Position numbers and translations under genes: made by a program
Shown: one piece after another, positions 48,690 to 61,075 of the stretch
Layout: each line of letters opens with the position of its first letter
Numbering within the stretch: position 1 is the stretch's first letter
Assembly (NCBI GenBank): GCA_950097015.1
Contig: CATNEN010000038.1
Span: 26,846,001 to 26,910,000, forward strand
Source: Macrostomum hystrix
Taxonomy: Eukaryota; Animalia; Platyhelminthes
Reading direction: 5' to 3'
DNA length: 64,000 bases
Notes under the pieces: model-generated
What the model was told of the DNA's origin: nothing
Database searches by the model: none
Seen by the model: the letters and a program-made list of their open reading frames with translations, nothing else

Positions 48690-49665
48690 GGAGAGATAGG
48701 GAAAGGAGAAATAGGGAAGGGAGAGATAGGAAGAGAGAGATAGGGAAGGGAGAGATAGGGAAGGGAGAGATAGGGAAGGGAGATTGGGAAGGGAAGGGAG
48801 GGAGAGGTAGGAAAAGAAGAGATAGGGAAGGGATTCAAAAGGGAGAGATAGGAGAGATAGGAAAGGGAGAGATAGGAGAGATAGGAAAGGAAGAGATAGG
48901 GAAGGGAGAGATAGGGAAGGGAGATATTGGGAAGTGAGATAGGGAAGGGAAGGGAGGGAAAGAGGAAAATAAGAGAAGGGAAGGGATTGAGAAGGGAGAG
49001 ATAGGGAAGGGAGAGATAAGGGAGAGATAGGGAAGGGAGAGATAAGGGAGAGATAGGGGAGGGAGAGATAGGGAAGGGAGAGATAGGGAAGGGAGTGATA
49101 GGGAAGGGAGAGATAGGGAAGGGAGAGATAAGGGAGAGATAGGGAAGGGAGAGATAGGGAAGGGAGTGATAGGGAAGGGAGAGATAGGGAAGGGAGTGAT
49201 AGTGAAGGGAGAGATAGGGAAGGGAGAGATAGGGAAGGAGAGATAGGGAAGGGATAGATAGGGAAGGGAGATTGGGAAGGGAAGGGAGGGAGAGGTAGGA
49301 AAAGAAGAGATAGGGAAGGGATTCAAAAGGGAGAGATAGGAGAGATAGGAAAGGGAGAGATAGGGAAGGGAGAGATAGGGAAGGGAGAGATAGGGAAGGG
49401 AGAGATTGGGAAGTGAGATAGGGAAGGGAAGGGAGGGAAAGAGGAAAAGAAGAGAAGGGAAGGGATTGAGAAGGGAGAGATAGGGAAGGGAGAGATAGGG
49501 AAGGGAGAGATAGGGAAGGGAGAGATAGGGAAGGGAGAGATAAGGGAGATATAGGGAAGGGAGATAGAGAAGGGAGAGATTGGAAAGAGAGATAGGGAAG
49601 GGAGAGATAGGGAAGGGATAGTGACCAGAGATAAGGAAGAGAGATAGGGAAGGGAGATAGGGAAG
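48690..49665. repeat. 15-bp purine-rich repeat (gggagagatagggaa)
   Basis: Direct periodicity with an internal block duplication. Confidence 0.9.
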
Positions 49666-50299
49666 GGCGCAGACACAGTTAAAAGGTTTAAGGTTAAAGG
49701 TTAAAAGTTTTGTTAACAGATACAAGCCAGTGGCCAGTGACCTGCCACAGATAGCCACCAAGAGCAAACAGTTAAAATATTAGTTGCCAAATATTAGTTG
49801 CTAAGTATCAGGGTGTCAAATATCCACAGGTTTAAGCAGGCAACCATATCCTTTGTTATAATCTTAGATTCGCATTTCCATAATTTAAATTTCGTAATCG
49901 AATGTGTTAATAGACAAATTCTACAACTTAATACGGAAGTTGGGTAATCTCGGATTGCGAGCTAATTAACATATTGAAATATGTTAATTAGATGTGAAGT
50001 AGAATGGCGTGGGCCTATATTAGGTACTGAAACGGCAGTTTGTTTACAAGTTATCACCAATTTATCAACAAGTCGGATTTGGTGACAAGCGCGTGTTTGT
50101 GTATGCGTGAAACTTCAACCATTGCATGCTAGGCACATTTCGCATGCATTTTTCACACATTCGGTAGCAACTTGACTATGCAGACAGTGTCTAATTAACT
50201 TTAGTAATTAACATGAGATAATCTACGATTTTATATTATCAGAATATAACTAGATCACAGGAGAGGGTGAGATTGATAAAGATGTAGAGCTAAATGATG

Positions 50300-51255
50300 A
50301 GAAAAAAGAGAGAGATTATGAGAAAGAGGTAGATAAAGAGAGAAATATATAAAGAAAAAGGTAAATAGATAAAGTGAGGGAAAGAGAGAGATAGATAAAG
50401 TGAGAGAAAGAGAGAGATATATAAAGTGAGAGAAAGAGAGAGATAGATAAAGTGAGAGAAAGAGAGAGATAGATAAAGTGAGGGAAAGAGAGAGATAGAT
50501 AAAGTGAGAGAAAGAGAGAGATAGATAAAGTAAGAGAAAGAGAGAGAGATAAAGTGAGAGAAAGAGAGAGATAGATAAAGTGAGAGAAAGAGGCGTGGAG
50601 AAAAAGAGAGAGTTAGATAAAGTTAGAGAAAGAGAGAGACAGATAAAGTTAGAGAAAGAGAGAGATAGATAAAGAAATATACAGAGAGAGGTAGTGAGAG
50701 ATAAAAATATGAAGAAAGAGAGAGAGACAGATGAAATGAGAGAAAAAGAGAGATAGAAAAATTGAGAGAAAGAGAGAGTTAGATAAAGTGAGAGAGAGAG
50801 GCGTGGAGAAAGAGAGAGTTAGATAAAGTGAGAGAAAGAGAGAGAGAGATAAAGTGAGAGAAAGAGAGAGATAGATAAAGTGAGAGAAAGAGAGAGATAG
50901 ATAAAGTGAGAGAAGGAGAGAGATAGATAAAGTGAGAGAAAGAGAGAAATAGATAAATTGAGAGAAAGAGAGAGATAGATAAAGTGAGAGAGAGAGGTGG
51001 AGAAAGAGAGAGTTAGATAAAGTTAGAGAAAGAGAGAGAAAGAGAGGGAGAGAGAGACAGATAAAGTGAGAGAAAGAGAGAGAGAGAGAGAGAAAGAGAG
51101 AGATAGATAAAGAAAGATACAGAGAGAGGTAGTGAGAGATAAAAATATGAAGAAAGAGAGAGGTTGAGAAAGGGAGAGAGAGGTAGTGAGAGAGAAATAT
51201 ATAAAGAAAGAGAGAGAGATAGATAAGTGTGAGAGAGAGGTAGAGAAAGAGAGAG
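50300..51255. repeat. AG-rich degenerate repeat (agagagagatagataaagtgagagaa)
   Basis: Polypurine periodicity. Confidence 0.85.
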
Positions 51256-51917
51256 GATTTAGAAGTTTGGGAATTGTGAAGTATGAGGATATAGACTTTG
51301 CTTCAGGACTTTAAGAAAAGTTCCTGTTTTGAGGAAAAAACTATTTATGATGGGCATTCAGAGGCTCATGACAAAGATGTGGGTTGGTTTAAAAAAGACT
51401 GTCTTTGTCCTCTTTTTCCTAATGGAATTTAGTTACAACAAAGAATGTAGCTAGTAAGCTAAGGATAAAAAGTTTTCTATAGCATTTCCCTCGGACGAAT
51501 GGCTGAGTTGCTAGTTAAACCCTGGTAAGTTTCCTATTGGCTGGAACACGGCCGGGACCGGAAATTGCCCGCCCCAATTCAACGCCATAAATTCAGCCAA
51601 AGAGAAGAAGAAGACAGCAGCAAAGTCCCCTGTGTTCTCATTCTTCACAGTTAAAAGACGGTGAGGAAATCACGTCTGGCTGGCCTCGACAAATTTGGTG
51701 AGTGCTTTTTCAAAACTAATTATTTTTTAAAACGCCGGAAAACCTCAGGCCAAGGCAACAAGAGAGACGCTTCAGCAAGACGCCAAGATTATCAAGCTAA
51801 AAAGGGAAAGATCTGCGTTCCAGTCTTCTCTTAGCTGAAGTTTACAAGGTGTCATGGAGCTGCTCTCTTGTTCCAAATATCATTGGCTGCATACAACTGC
51901 GAACCACCCTGAAGTCT

Positions 51918-53342
51918 CCCAGTTCCCTGAACTCTCATTCAGCTCCCTGAACTCTCCCTCAGTTCCCTGAACTCTCGATCAGTTCCCTGAACTCTCATTC
52001 AGCTCCCTGAACTCTCCCTCAGTTCCCTGAACTCTCGATCAGTTCCCTGAACTCTCATTCAGCTCCCTGAACTCTCATTCAGCTCCCTGAACTCTCATTC
52101 AGCTCCCTGAACTCTCATTCAGCTCCCTGAACTCTCCCTCAGTTCCCTGAACTCTCGATCAGTTCCCTGAACTCTCATTCAGCTCCCTGAACTCTCCCTC
52201 AGTTCCCTGAACTCTCGATCAGTTCCCTGAACTCTCATTCAGCTCCCTGAACTCTCATTCAGCTCCCTGAACTCTCATTCAGCTCCCTGAACTCTCATTC
52301 AGCTCCCTGAACTCTCATTCAGCTCCCTGAACTCTCATTCAGTTCCCTGAACTCTCATTCAGTTCACTGAACTCTCATTCAGCTCCCTGAACTCTCATTC
52401 AGTTCCCTGAACTCTCAATCAGTTCACTGAACTCTCATTCAGCTCCCTGAACTCTCATTCAGCTCCCTGAACTCTCCCTCAGTTCCCTGAACTCTCGATC
52501 AGCTCCCTGAACTCTCATTCAGCTCCCTGAACTCTCATTCAGCTCCCTGAACTCTCATTCAGCTCCCTGAACTCTCCCTCAGTTCCCTGAACTCTCGATC
52601 AGTTCCCTGAACTCACATTCAGCTCCCTGAACTCTCATTCAGCTCCCTGAACTCTCGATCAGTTCCCTGAACTCTCGATCAGTTCCCTGAACTCTCCCTC
52701 AGTTCCCTGAACTCTCCCTCAGTTCCCTGAACTCTCGATCAGTTCCCTGAACTCTCCTTCAGTTCCCTGAACTCTCCTTCAGTTCCTTGATCTCTCCCTC
52801 AGTTCCCTGAACTCTCAATCAGTTCCCTGAACTCTCATTTAGTTCCCTTAACTCTCATTCAGTTCCCTGAACTCTCATTCAGCTCCCTGAACTCTCATTC
52901 AGCTCCCTGAACTCTCGATCAGTTCCCTGAACTCTCCCTCAGTTCCCTGAACTCTCCCTCAGTTCCCTGAACTCTCGATCAGTTCCCTGAACTCTCCTTC
53001 AGTTCCCTGAACTCTCAATCAGTTCCCTGAACTCTCCCAGTTCCCTGAACTCTTATTTAGTTCCCTTAACTCTCATTCAGTTCCCTGAACTCTCATTCAG
53101 TTCCCTGAACTCTCCATCAGTTCCCTAAACTCTCCCAGTTCCCTGAACTCTCCTTCAGTTCCTTGATCTCTCCCTCAGTTCCCTGAACTCTCAATCAGTT
53201 CCCTAAACTCTCGCAGTTCACTGAACTCTCCCAGTTCCCTGAACTCACATTCAGCTCCCTGAACTCTCATTCAGCTCCCTGAACTCTCATTCAGCTCCCT
53301 GAACTCTCATTCAGCTCCCTGAACTCTCATTCAGTTCCCTGA
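51918..53342. repeat. 20-bp minisatellite (ag(c/t)tccctgaactctcattc)
   Basis: Direct periodicity. Confidence 0.95.
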
Positions 53343-53565
53343 TTCTTCTGCAATTAAATTATTCAATTCTTTGTAGCCGAATCGGCAAAGCAGAAATTTT
53401 TATCTTGGATTTTAGTTGACGTATTGCGATGAGTTCCTGGTTGCATTGTATTTTATTGACTCACATTTAAATGACTAAATTTATTTCATTATTAATTACG
53501 AATCGATTCAAATTTCAGCAAAATAAAAAAAGAACTAACTTATGGTGGTAAAATTTTGTCTATCT

Positions 53566-54117
53566 TTCATCCACTGAGGCTATACTAGCAATCCATTCTA
53601 ATCATTCATCCACTGAGGCTGGACTTGCAATCCACTGAGGCTAGACTAGCAATCCACTGAGGCTAGACTAGCAATCCACTGAGGCTAGACTAGCAATCCA
53701 CTGAGGCTAGACTAGCAATCCACTGAGGCTAGACTAGCAATCCACTGAGGCTAGACTAGCAATCCACTGAGGCTAGACTAGCAATCCACTGAGGCTAGAC
53801 TAGCAATCCACTGAGGCTAGACTAGCAATCCACTGAGGCTAGACTAGCAATCCACTGAGGCTAGACTAGCAATCCACTGAGGCTAGACTAGCAATCCACT
53901 GAGGCTAGACTAGCAATCCACTGAGGCTAGACTAGCAATCCACTGAGGCTAGACTAGCAATCCACTGAGGCTAGACTAGCAATCCACTGAGGCTAGACTA
54001 GCAATCCACTGAGGCTAGACTAGCAATCCACTGAGGCTAGACTAGCAATCCACTGAGGCTAGACTAGCAATCCACTGAGGCTAGACTAGCAATCCACTGG
54101 GGCTAGACTAGCAATCC
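53566..54117. repeat. 22-bp minisatellite (atccactgaggctagactagca) seeded by one inverted 39-mer unit
   Basis: Immediately 3' of the MFS stop codon. Confidence 0.95.
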
Positions 54118-54495
54118 TCATCGCTGTCCAATATGCCTCCGAGCTGCTAGAGCATCGAAGGACTCCTCAGCTTCGAGATCGTCAGCGCCGCGGTCCGCAG
54201 GCCTCAAACAGTTCTCCGTCAAGTCGTCACCCTCAGCTGAGTGGCAGCGCCTTCGACAATTCCTACGCTGAACGGCCAGACTGAAGCCTACATCGCCTCC
54301 GGCATCGTCGCGAGCCGCCGCCAGCTGGTTGAAGACTCCATAGACGAGGAAATTTACCAGGCGTCCATCACCGAGGCTTCCAGCAGGGACGCAGCGGCAG
54401 CCGATGCTGGCCATCAGGAAGCAGAGCACACAGGATAGCATGACAAACAGCGAGTGGAATATGGGATAGGCCGACACCCGGATGTGCCGCATCGC
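54118..54495 (-). CDS. MFSD4-like transporter, probable last exon
   Basis: AMRHIRVSAYPIFHSLFVMLSCVLCFLMASIG (last TM), then a GC-rich tail to TGA. An internal GT near 54357 could be an alternative donor. Confidence 0.72.
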   Translation of the reverse strand, partial: AMRHIRVSAYPIFHSLFVMLSCVLCFLMASIGCRCVPAGSLGDGRLVNFLVYGVFNQLAAARDDAGGDVGFSLAVQRRNCRRRCHSAEGDDLTENCLRPADRGADDLEAEESFDALAARRHIGQR

Positions 54496-54547
54496 CTGCG
54501 CATTTTTGTGACAGGGGTTTACCCTTTTGTCACTCTTTTCCCATGGT

Positions 54548-55768
54548 GAATATCCTTCATCAGTAAGACACGATTCACCTGTTCAGACACGATTCACCTG
54601 TTCAGACTCGATTCACCTGCTCAAACACGATTCACCTGTTCAGACTCGATTCACCTGTTCAGACTCGATTCACCTGTTCAGACTCGATTCACCTGTTCAG
54701 ACTCGATTCACCTGTTCAGACACGATTCACCTGTTCAGACACAATTCACCTGTTCAGACTCGATTCACCTGTTCAGACACGATTCACCTGTTCAGACTCG
54801 ATTCACCTGTTCAGAAACGATTTACCTGTTCAGACACGATTCACCTGTTCAGACACGATTCACCTGCTCAAACACGATTCACCTGTTCAGACTCGATTCA
54901 CCTGTTCAGACTCGATTCACCTGTTCAGACTCGATTCACCTGTTCAGACTCGATTCACCTGTTCAGACACGATTCACCTGTTCAGACACAATTCACCTGT
55001 TCAGACTCGATTCACCTGTTCAGACACGATTCACCTGTTCAGACTCGATTCACCTGTTCAGACTCGATTCACCTGCTCAGAAACGATTCACCTGTTCAGA
55101 CACAATTCACCTGTTCAGACACGATTCACCTGTTCAGACACAATTCACCTGTTCAGACACGATTCACCTGTTCAGACACGATTCACCTGTTCAGACACGA
55201 TTCACCTGTTCAGACACGATTCACCTGTTCAGACACGATTCACCTGTTCAGACACGATTCACCTGTTCAGAAACGATTCACCTGTTCAGACACGATTCAC
55301 CTGTTCAGACTAGATTCACCTGCTCAAACACGATTCACCTGTTCTGACTAGATTCACCTGCTCAAACACGATTCACCTGTTCAGACTAGATTCACCTGCT
55401 CAAACACGATTCACCTGTTCAGACTAGATTCACCTGCTCAAACACGATTCACCTGTTCTGACTAGATTCACCTGCTCAAACACGATTCACCTGTTCTGAC
55501 ACAATTCACCTGTTCAGAAACGATTTACCTGTTCTGACACGATTCACCAGTTCAGACACGATTCACCTGTTCAGACACGATTCACCAGTTCAGACACGAT
55601 TCACCTGTTCAGACACGATTCACCTGTTCAGACACGATTCACCTGTTCAGACACGATTCACCTGTTCAGACACGATTCACCTGTTCAGACACGATTCACC
55701 TGTTCAGACACGATTCACCTATTCAGACACGATTCACCTGTTCAGACACGATTCACCTGTTCAGACAG
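54548..55768. repeat. 19-bp minisatellite (gattcacctgttcagacac)
   Basis: Fills the last MFS intron. Confidence 0.95.
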
Positions 55769-55782
55769 TTCTCAGTACTCAC

Positions 55783-55853
55783 AGCCACCATGATGACGGG
55801 TACCACAGCTTCTCCCAAAGCGGCTGACGCCACTAAAGCAGTTGAGCGATCGC
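55783..55853 (-). CDS. MFSD4-like transporter exon
   Basis: GDRSTALVASAALGEAVVPVIMVA carries the GE..P motif; TAG/GTGAG. Confidence 0.82.
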
Positions 55854-55939
55854 CTAGGAGAGTTAATTGGTTTATTGGCACTTTGCAGCTACGGTACATC
55901 TGTGATTTCGTTAATATAATGAATGGGCAACGTATTCAC

Positions 55940-56087
55940 CCGTGAGTCGGACCAGCTGTTCAGTAACTGTGAGCAGAGCTGGCATACAGTGACTAATGAA
56001 GAATCCAGTGAGCACTGTACTCAGAAACAGAATTGGAACATTTCCATTTCCAGCTGTAAATATCGCTGCTGAGACTAGTAATCCAGC
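55940..56087 (-). CDS. MFSD4-like transporter exon
   Basis: AGLLVSAAIF..ILFLSTVLTGFFISHCMPALLTVTEQ; AAG/GTGAA. Confidence 0.82.
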
Positions 56088-56192
56088 CTTTAAAAAATTT
56101 AATCCATGCAAAGTCGCTTCTTTTTCTACTGAGTAGTAGTGTAAAACGATATTACATGAAATTCAGTGTTTAAATCGAAAACTAACACTTAC

Positions 56193-56273
56193 CAGATCGA
56201 TAAACAGGACGTGAATAGCCGAAATCCTCAAGGTCAGAAATATTCCACTCAGTCTGCCTAGCAGAGTGAAGCC
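56193..56273 (-). CDS. MFSD4-like transporter exon
   Basis: GFTLLGRLSGIFLTLRISAIHVLFIDL forms an FWG..GRL motif across the junction; AAG/GTAAG. Confidence 0.83.
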
Positions 56274-56399
56274 CTTAAAAAAATATTTTAAGACATTTAA
56301 GTATAATGCTGTTAATTCACGATTGAAAAATGAAATTAAGATAAGCAAAACAGGGAAAAAGTTGTACGGCTTTAATATTTGTTACCTTTTAGGCCACAG

Positions 56400-56705
56400 T
56401 TCTGTCTCTCCTTCTCTCCCTGTCTCCTTCTCAACCTCCCTGTCTCCGTCTCACCTTCTCACCCTCTCTCCTTCTCACCCTCTCACCCTGTCTCCTTCTC
56501 ACCCTCTCTCCTTCTCACCCTCTCACCCTGTCTCCTTCTCACCCTCTCTCCCTGTCTCCTTCTCCCCCTCTCTCCTTCTCACCCCCTCACCCTGTCTCCT
56601 TCTCACCCCTCACCCTGTCTCCTTCTCACCCCCTCACCCTGTCTCCTTCTCTCCTTATCACCCTCTCTCCTTCTCTCCTTCTCACCCACTCTTTTTCTCT
56701 CCTAC
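56400..56705. repeat. Degenerate CT-rich repeat (ccctgtctccttctcaccctctca)
   Basis: Low-complexity periodicity. Confidence 0.8.
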
Positions 56706-56851
56706 CTTGCATTCTCTTCTTTCTTCCCCCCACCCTACTGCCAGCAGGCTCTCTAACCTTTGCATCTCTAAGCTGACCCCATGAGCTGTAAGCGAAGCAC
56801 AAAGTCTGCAGACTTATTTTCGTCTGGGTCATCGCCAAAGGTAAAACTCAC

Positions 56852-56947
56852 CCAGAAGGTGGCCGATAGATAAGCTGTCTGAGATTTCTCACCAGCTGAG
56901 CTGACTGACTCAAGCGAGAATGAGTAGATTAGGCCGCTGAAACTGCC
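56852..56947 (-). CDS. MFSD4-like transporter exon
   Basis: GSFSGLIYSFSL..AYLSATFW; CAG/GTGAG. Confidence 0.83.
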
Positions 56948-57225
56948 CTGAAAATTTTTTATCAGACCAGAAAATTATTACTCGAGTCGAGGGTGAAACT
57001 TAAGTCTAAGGATTAAAACTAATCCTTCGAGAGGTCCTGGCTGTTTTGAATAGCCTGACCAAATTAATTGCCATACCCGCCTCACTAGTACAAGTGAAAA
57101 GGGAAGGCAATAGAAAACAACAATCAACTTAATCGACTGGAAACCTAGTGGAGCTTAATAAAAATATCCCATCTTCAATTTTCCACACTCCCTTATTGCA
57201 TTAATTCAAATGTCCCCCAAATAAA

Positions 57226-57470
57226 CCCACTGTCCCTCCCTGCACCCACTGTCCCTCCCTGCACCCACTGTCCCTCCCTGCACCCACTGTCCCTCCCTGC
57301 ACCCACTGTCCCTCCCTGCACCCACTGTCCCTCCCTGCACCCACTGTCCCTCCCTGCACCCACTGTCCCTCCCTGCACCCACTGTCCCTCCTTGCAATGT
57401 CCCTCCCTACAATATCCCACCCTACAATGTTCCTCCCTACAATGTCCCTCCCTACAATGTCCCTCCCTAC
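57226..57470. repeat. 19-mer (cccactgtccctccctgca) grading into a 15-mer (aatgtccctccctac)
   Basis: Direct periodicity. Confidence 0.9.
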
Positions 57471-57482
57471 AAGCAGTCTCAC

Positions 57483-57601
57483 CAGTATGCCATCCAGCAC
57501 GAATGCGCACATAGAAGCCAACAGCAAAAGCAGGCAAGTTAGCGAGTTGTCATTGGGCAGTCTATCGCTAACACTTGAGTTCTGCTCGCCGAGCGATGGC
57601 T
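57483..57601 (-). CDS. MFSD4-like transporter exon
   Basis: ..LTCLLLLLASMCAFVLDGIL; TAG/GTGAG, phase 1 to 0. Confidence 0.8.
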
Positions 57602-57671
57602 CTATGAAATCCAAAGGTAATTGGCAACATTTCTCTAGTGCTTTTGACATTTTTTATACTGTTTGACTTAC

Positions 57672-57765
57672 CATTTTCCTGATTGTGATCATTCGATTGT
57701 CTTTGACCAGTGTGGCACCAGCCTTCCTTGTAAGCCATGTGGAACACCAATAAGGCTATCGGAAT
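57672..57765 (-). CDS. MFSD4-like transporter exon
   Basis: IPIALLVFHMAYKEG..; CAG/GTAAG, phase 0 to 1. Confidence 0.78.
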
Positions 57766-58119
57766 CTGAATGATAGATACGAGTAACAAGCCTATAGAAT
57801 AAAGCTATTTTTAGAAATATCGATTGCGGCAAACCCTAATTTGACACCACATGATATCACAGACAGCTCTGAGCCAATAGCGAATAACAAGTGCTTAGTG
57901 CCTATTGATTAATTTATGCTTATCTTCGTTATTTCTAGGTTTTTTGTTATACTCCTAAAAAGCTCGTTGAAAAATAAGGATTTGCGACTGGGATCAATGG
58001 TATTGGGATCAATGAAATTGGTATCAATGGAATTGGGATCAATGAAATTGGGATTTCGAATGGGTTTATGAGAATAAAACCTAATAAAACATAGAACCTA
58101 AGGATTTATGAGAATCGAG

Positions 58120-58362
58120 TTTTTTAGAATTGAGATTTTTAGAATTGGGATTTTTAGAATTGGGATTTTTAGAATTGGGTTTTTTTAATTGGGATTTTTA
58201 GAATTGAGATTTTTAGAATTGAGATTTTTAGAATTGGGATTTTTAGAATTGGGTTTTTTTAATTGGGATTTTTAGAAATGGGATTTTTAGAATTGGGATT
58301 TTAAGAACTGGGTTTTTTAAATTGGGATTTTTAGAAATGGGATTTTTAGAATTGGGATTTTT
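58120..58362. repeat. 15-bp repeat (gggatttttagaatt)
   Basis: Direct periodicity. Confidence 0.88.
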
Positions 58363-58500
58363 TGTACTGGAAATTTAAGGATTTGGCCCTAATGGGCGTA
58401 CATTGCACCGACAAATAAATAAGACCCTTCGCGGATTCGATCCCACGGACTTTCGAGCAATAGTCGGACGCATTAATAATTATCTGTCAGCCATTCGCAC

Positions 58501-58870
58501 CTGCACAACAGCCATCAGGTAGTAGGGATATCTGATTCCCTCGGCCAGTGTGACTGCATCCTCAGCCGTGCAGTTGCCGCCTCTGAGCCGCACCCTCGCC
58601 GCCCTGTCGGACAGGAATGCGCCGACAATTAGGGGGCCGACAAGGGCGCCGAAGCTCTGGCAGCAGAACATCGCTTGAAGAAAAGGCCCGGAACCCAGCT
58701 TGTAGGTGCTCAGCATGCGACTGTTGCACAGATTCTCAAGGCAGCCCTCGGCCAGCCCCATCAGGCTGAGCACAGCAGCCAGGCCTGCCAAACTGGAGCT
58801 GTGGCCGACAAGGGCGAAACAGATCGGTATGGCTGCTGAGGCCGCTGACAGCAGCAGATTGGCCGGCAGC
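58501..58870 (-). CDS. MFS transporter (MFSD4/NaGLT1-like), first exon visible; 5' exons not found in the window
   Basis: LSLMGLAEGCLENLCN..GSGPFLQAMFCCQSFGALVGPLIVGAFLS resembles MFSD4 (recalled as PFLQALHFxFGxGALxxPLI). CAG acceptor, GTGCG donor. Confidence 0.88.
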
Positions 58871-58872
58871 CT

Positions 58873-59408
58873 GGAAATGAAAGAAATGATGGAACTGAAG
58901 GAAATGAAGGAAATGATGGAAATGATGGAACTGATGGAACTGATGGAAATGATATGAAGGAAATGATGGAAATGATGGAAATGATATGAAGGAAATGATG
59001 GAAATGATGAAAATAAAGGAAATGATGGAAATGATGGAACTGCCAAAAATGATGGAACTGCCAAAAATGATGGAACTGCCAAAAATGATGGAACTGCCAA
59101 AAATGATGGAACTGCCAAAAATGATGGAAATTATGGATGAAGGAAATGATGGAAATGATGGAACTGGTGGAAATGATGGAGCTGATGGAAATAATGGAAC
59201 TGTTGGAAATGGTGGAGCTGATGTAAATGATGAAGCTGATGGAAATGATGAAGCTGATGGAAATGATGGAAATGATGGAACTGCTGGAAATGATGAAACA
59301 AATTAAAATTATGGAAATGATGAAAATGAAGGAAATGATGAAAGTGATGGTAACTATGAAAATGGGGGAAATTATGCAAATGATGGAAATGATTGAAAAG
59401 ATGGAAAT
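58873..59408. repeat. 9/18-bp repeat (ggaaatgat)
   Basis: Runs into the 3' splice site at 58871. Confidence 0.88.
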
Positions 59409-60089
59409 AACGCATAAGCTACCAATGGAGGAACTTTTGTCAGAAAGCATTTAATACAAGCAAAATCCACATCGCTAATGTATCAGGAGGGGCAGGTAAC
59501 GTAGCACACATCTAAAAATGTCCTGAACAGCTATTAGGGCAGGCAGATTATAGAGTGCACCGTGATGTGGTAACCTGACGACTTGCTAATGACTTTTTCA
59601 TCTTGAAACGAGTCCTGAAAAACACCTATTTGATTGGAATAGGCGAGGTAAAATGCGGGCCAGCTTGAGTACAATGGAAATGGCTTGCATTGAGTTTGGG
59701 AAATATATTGTCAAGATTTGCCTCGTGTGGCGGCAGGGCAAAAATATGGAGGCTGAAAAAAAACTAAACAGACGGCTGGATTTGGAGGCAAAAATGGGAA
59801 AAAAGGGATTTTTCCTACATTTTTTAGAAAGCTCCTCAATAGTCTATCCAAACAGACAGTTTTCAGAAAATGATTTAAACTTGAAAAAACAATTAAATAG
59901 GAAACTTTTTCGAGTATAATTTACTGAAAACAAATTAGGAATGAGAATCCCAAGAATTGCCTTATCCCAAGGAATAGAGAATCCATATCACGAACGATTT
60001 AAAAGTACAAGCGTATACAGAAAAACACAGCATAGATGGAAAAGTTCGGAAGATTAAAAGATACAGAACACAGCAATATCCAAATAATT

Positions 60090-61075
60090 TCGGAGAATCC
60101 CAAGGATTGGAGAATCACTAGGATTGGAGAATCCCAAGGATTGGAGAATCACTAGGATTGGAGAATCCCAAGGATTGGAGAATCACTAGGATTGGAGAAT
60201 CCCAAGGATTGGAGAATCACTAGGATTGGAGAATCCCAAGGATTGGAGAATCCCAAGGATTAGAGATCCCAAGGATTGGATAATCCAAAGAATTGGAGAA
60301 TCCCAATTGGATTTGAGAATCCCAATGATTAGAGAATCCCAATTGGATTTGAGAATCCCAAGGATTGGAGAATCCGAATGATTGGAGAATCTCAAGGATT
60401 GGAGAATCCCAAGGATTGGAGAATCCTAAGGATCGGAAATCCAAAGGATGGGAGAATCTCAAGGATTGGAAATCCCAAAGATTGGAGAATCCAAAGGATT
60501 GGAGAATCCTAAGGATCGGAAATCCAAAGGATGGGAGAATCTTAAGGATTGGAAATCCCAAAGATTGGAGAATCCAAAGGATTATAGAATCTGAATGATT
60601 GAAGAATCCCAAGGATTGGAGAATCCCAAGGATTGGAGAATCCCAAGGATTGGAGAATCCCAAGGATTGGAAGATCGCAAGGATTGGAAAATCCCCAAGG
60701 ATTAGAAAATCCTCAAGGATTGGAAAATCCCCAAGGATTGGAAAATCCCCAAGGATTGGAAAATCCCCAAGGATTAGATAATCCCAAGGATTGGAGAATC
60801 CCAAGGATTGGATAATCCCAAGGATTGGAGAATCCCAAGGATTGGAGAATCTCAAGGATTGGGGAATCCCAAGGATTGGAGATTTGCAAGGATTGAAAAA
60901 TCCAAAGAATTTCGGAGAATCCCAAGGATTGGAGAATCCCAAGGATTGGATAATCCCAAGGATTGGAGAATCCCAAGGATTGGAGAATCTCAAGGATTGG
61001 GGAATCCCAAGGATTGGAGATTTGCAATGATTGAAAAATCCAAAGAATTTCGGAGAATCCCAAGGATTGGAGAAT
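60090..61075. repeat. 17-bp minisatellite (ggagaatcccaaggatt)
   Basis: Direct periodicity. Confidence 0.93.

Noticed and set aside
51520-51720. Possible promoter or first exon (CCAAT-, ETS- and GC-box-like words, GTGAGT)
   Set aside because: Short motifs only, with no downstream plus-strand coding exons found.
58400-58480. tRNA/SINE head remnant (B-box-like GGATCGAATCC on the minus strand; similar near 39750)
   Set aside because: Too short and degenerate, with no body or TSD.
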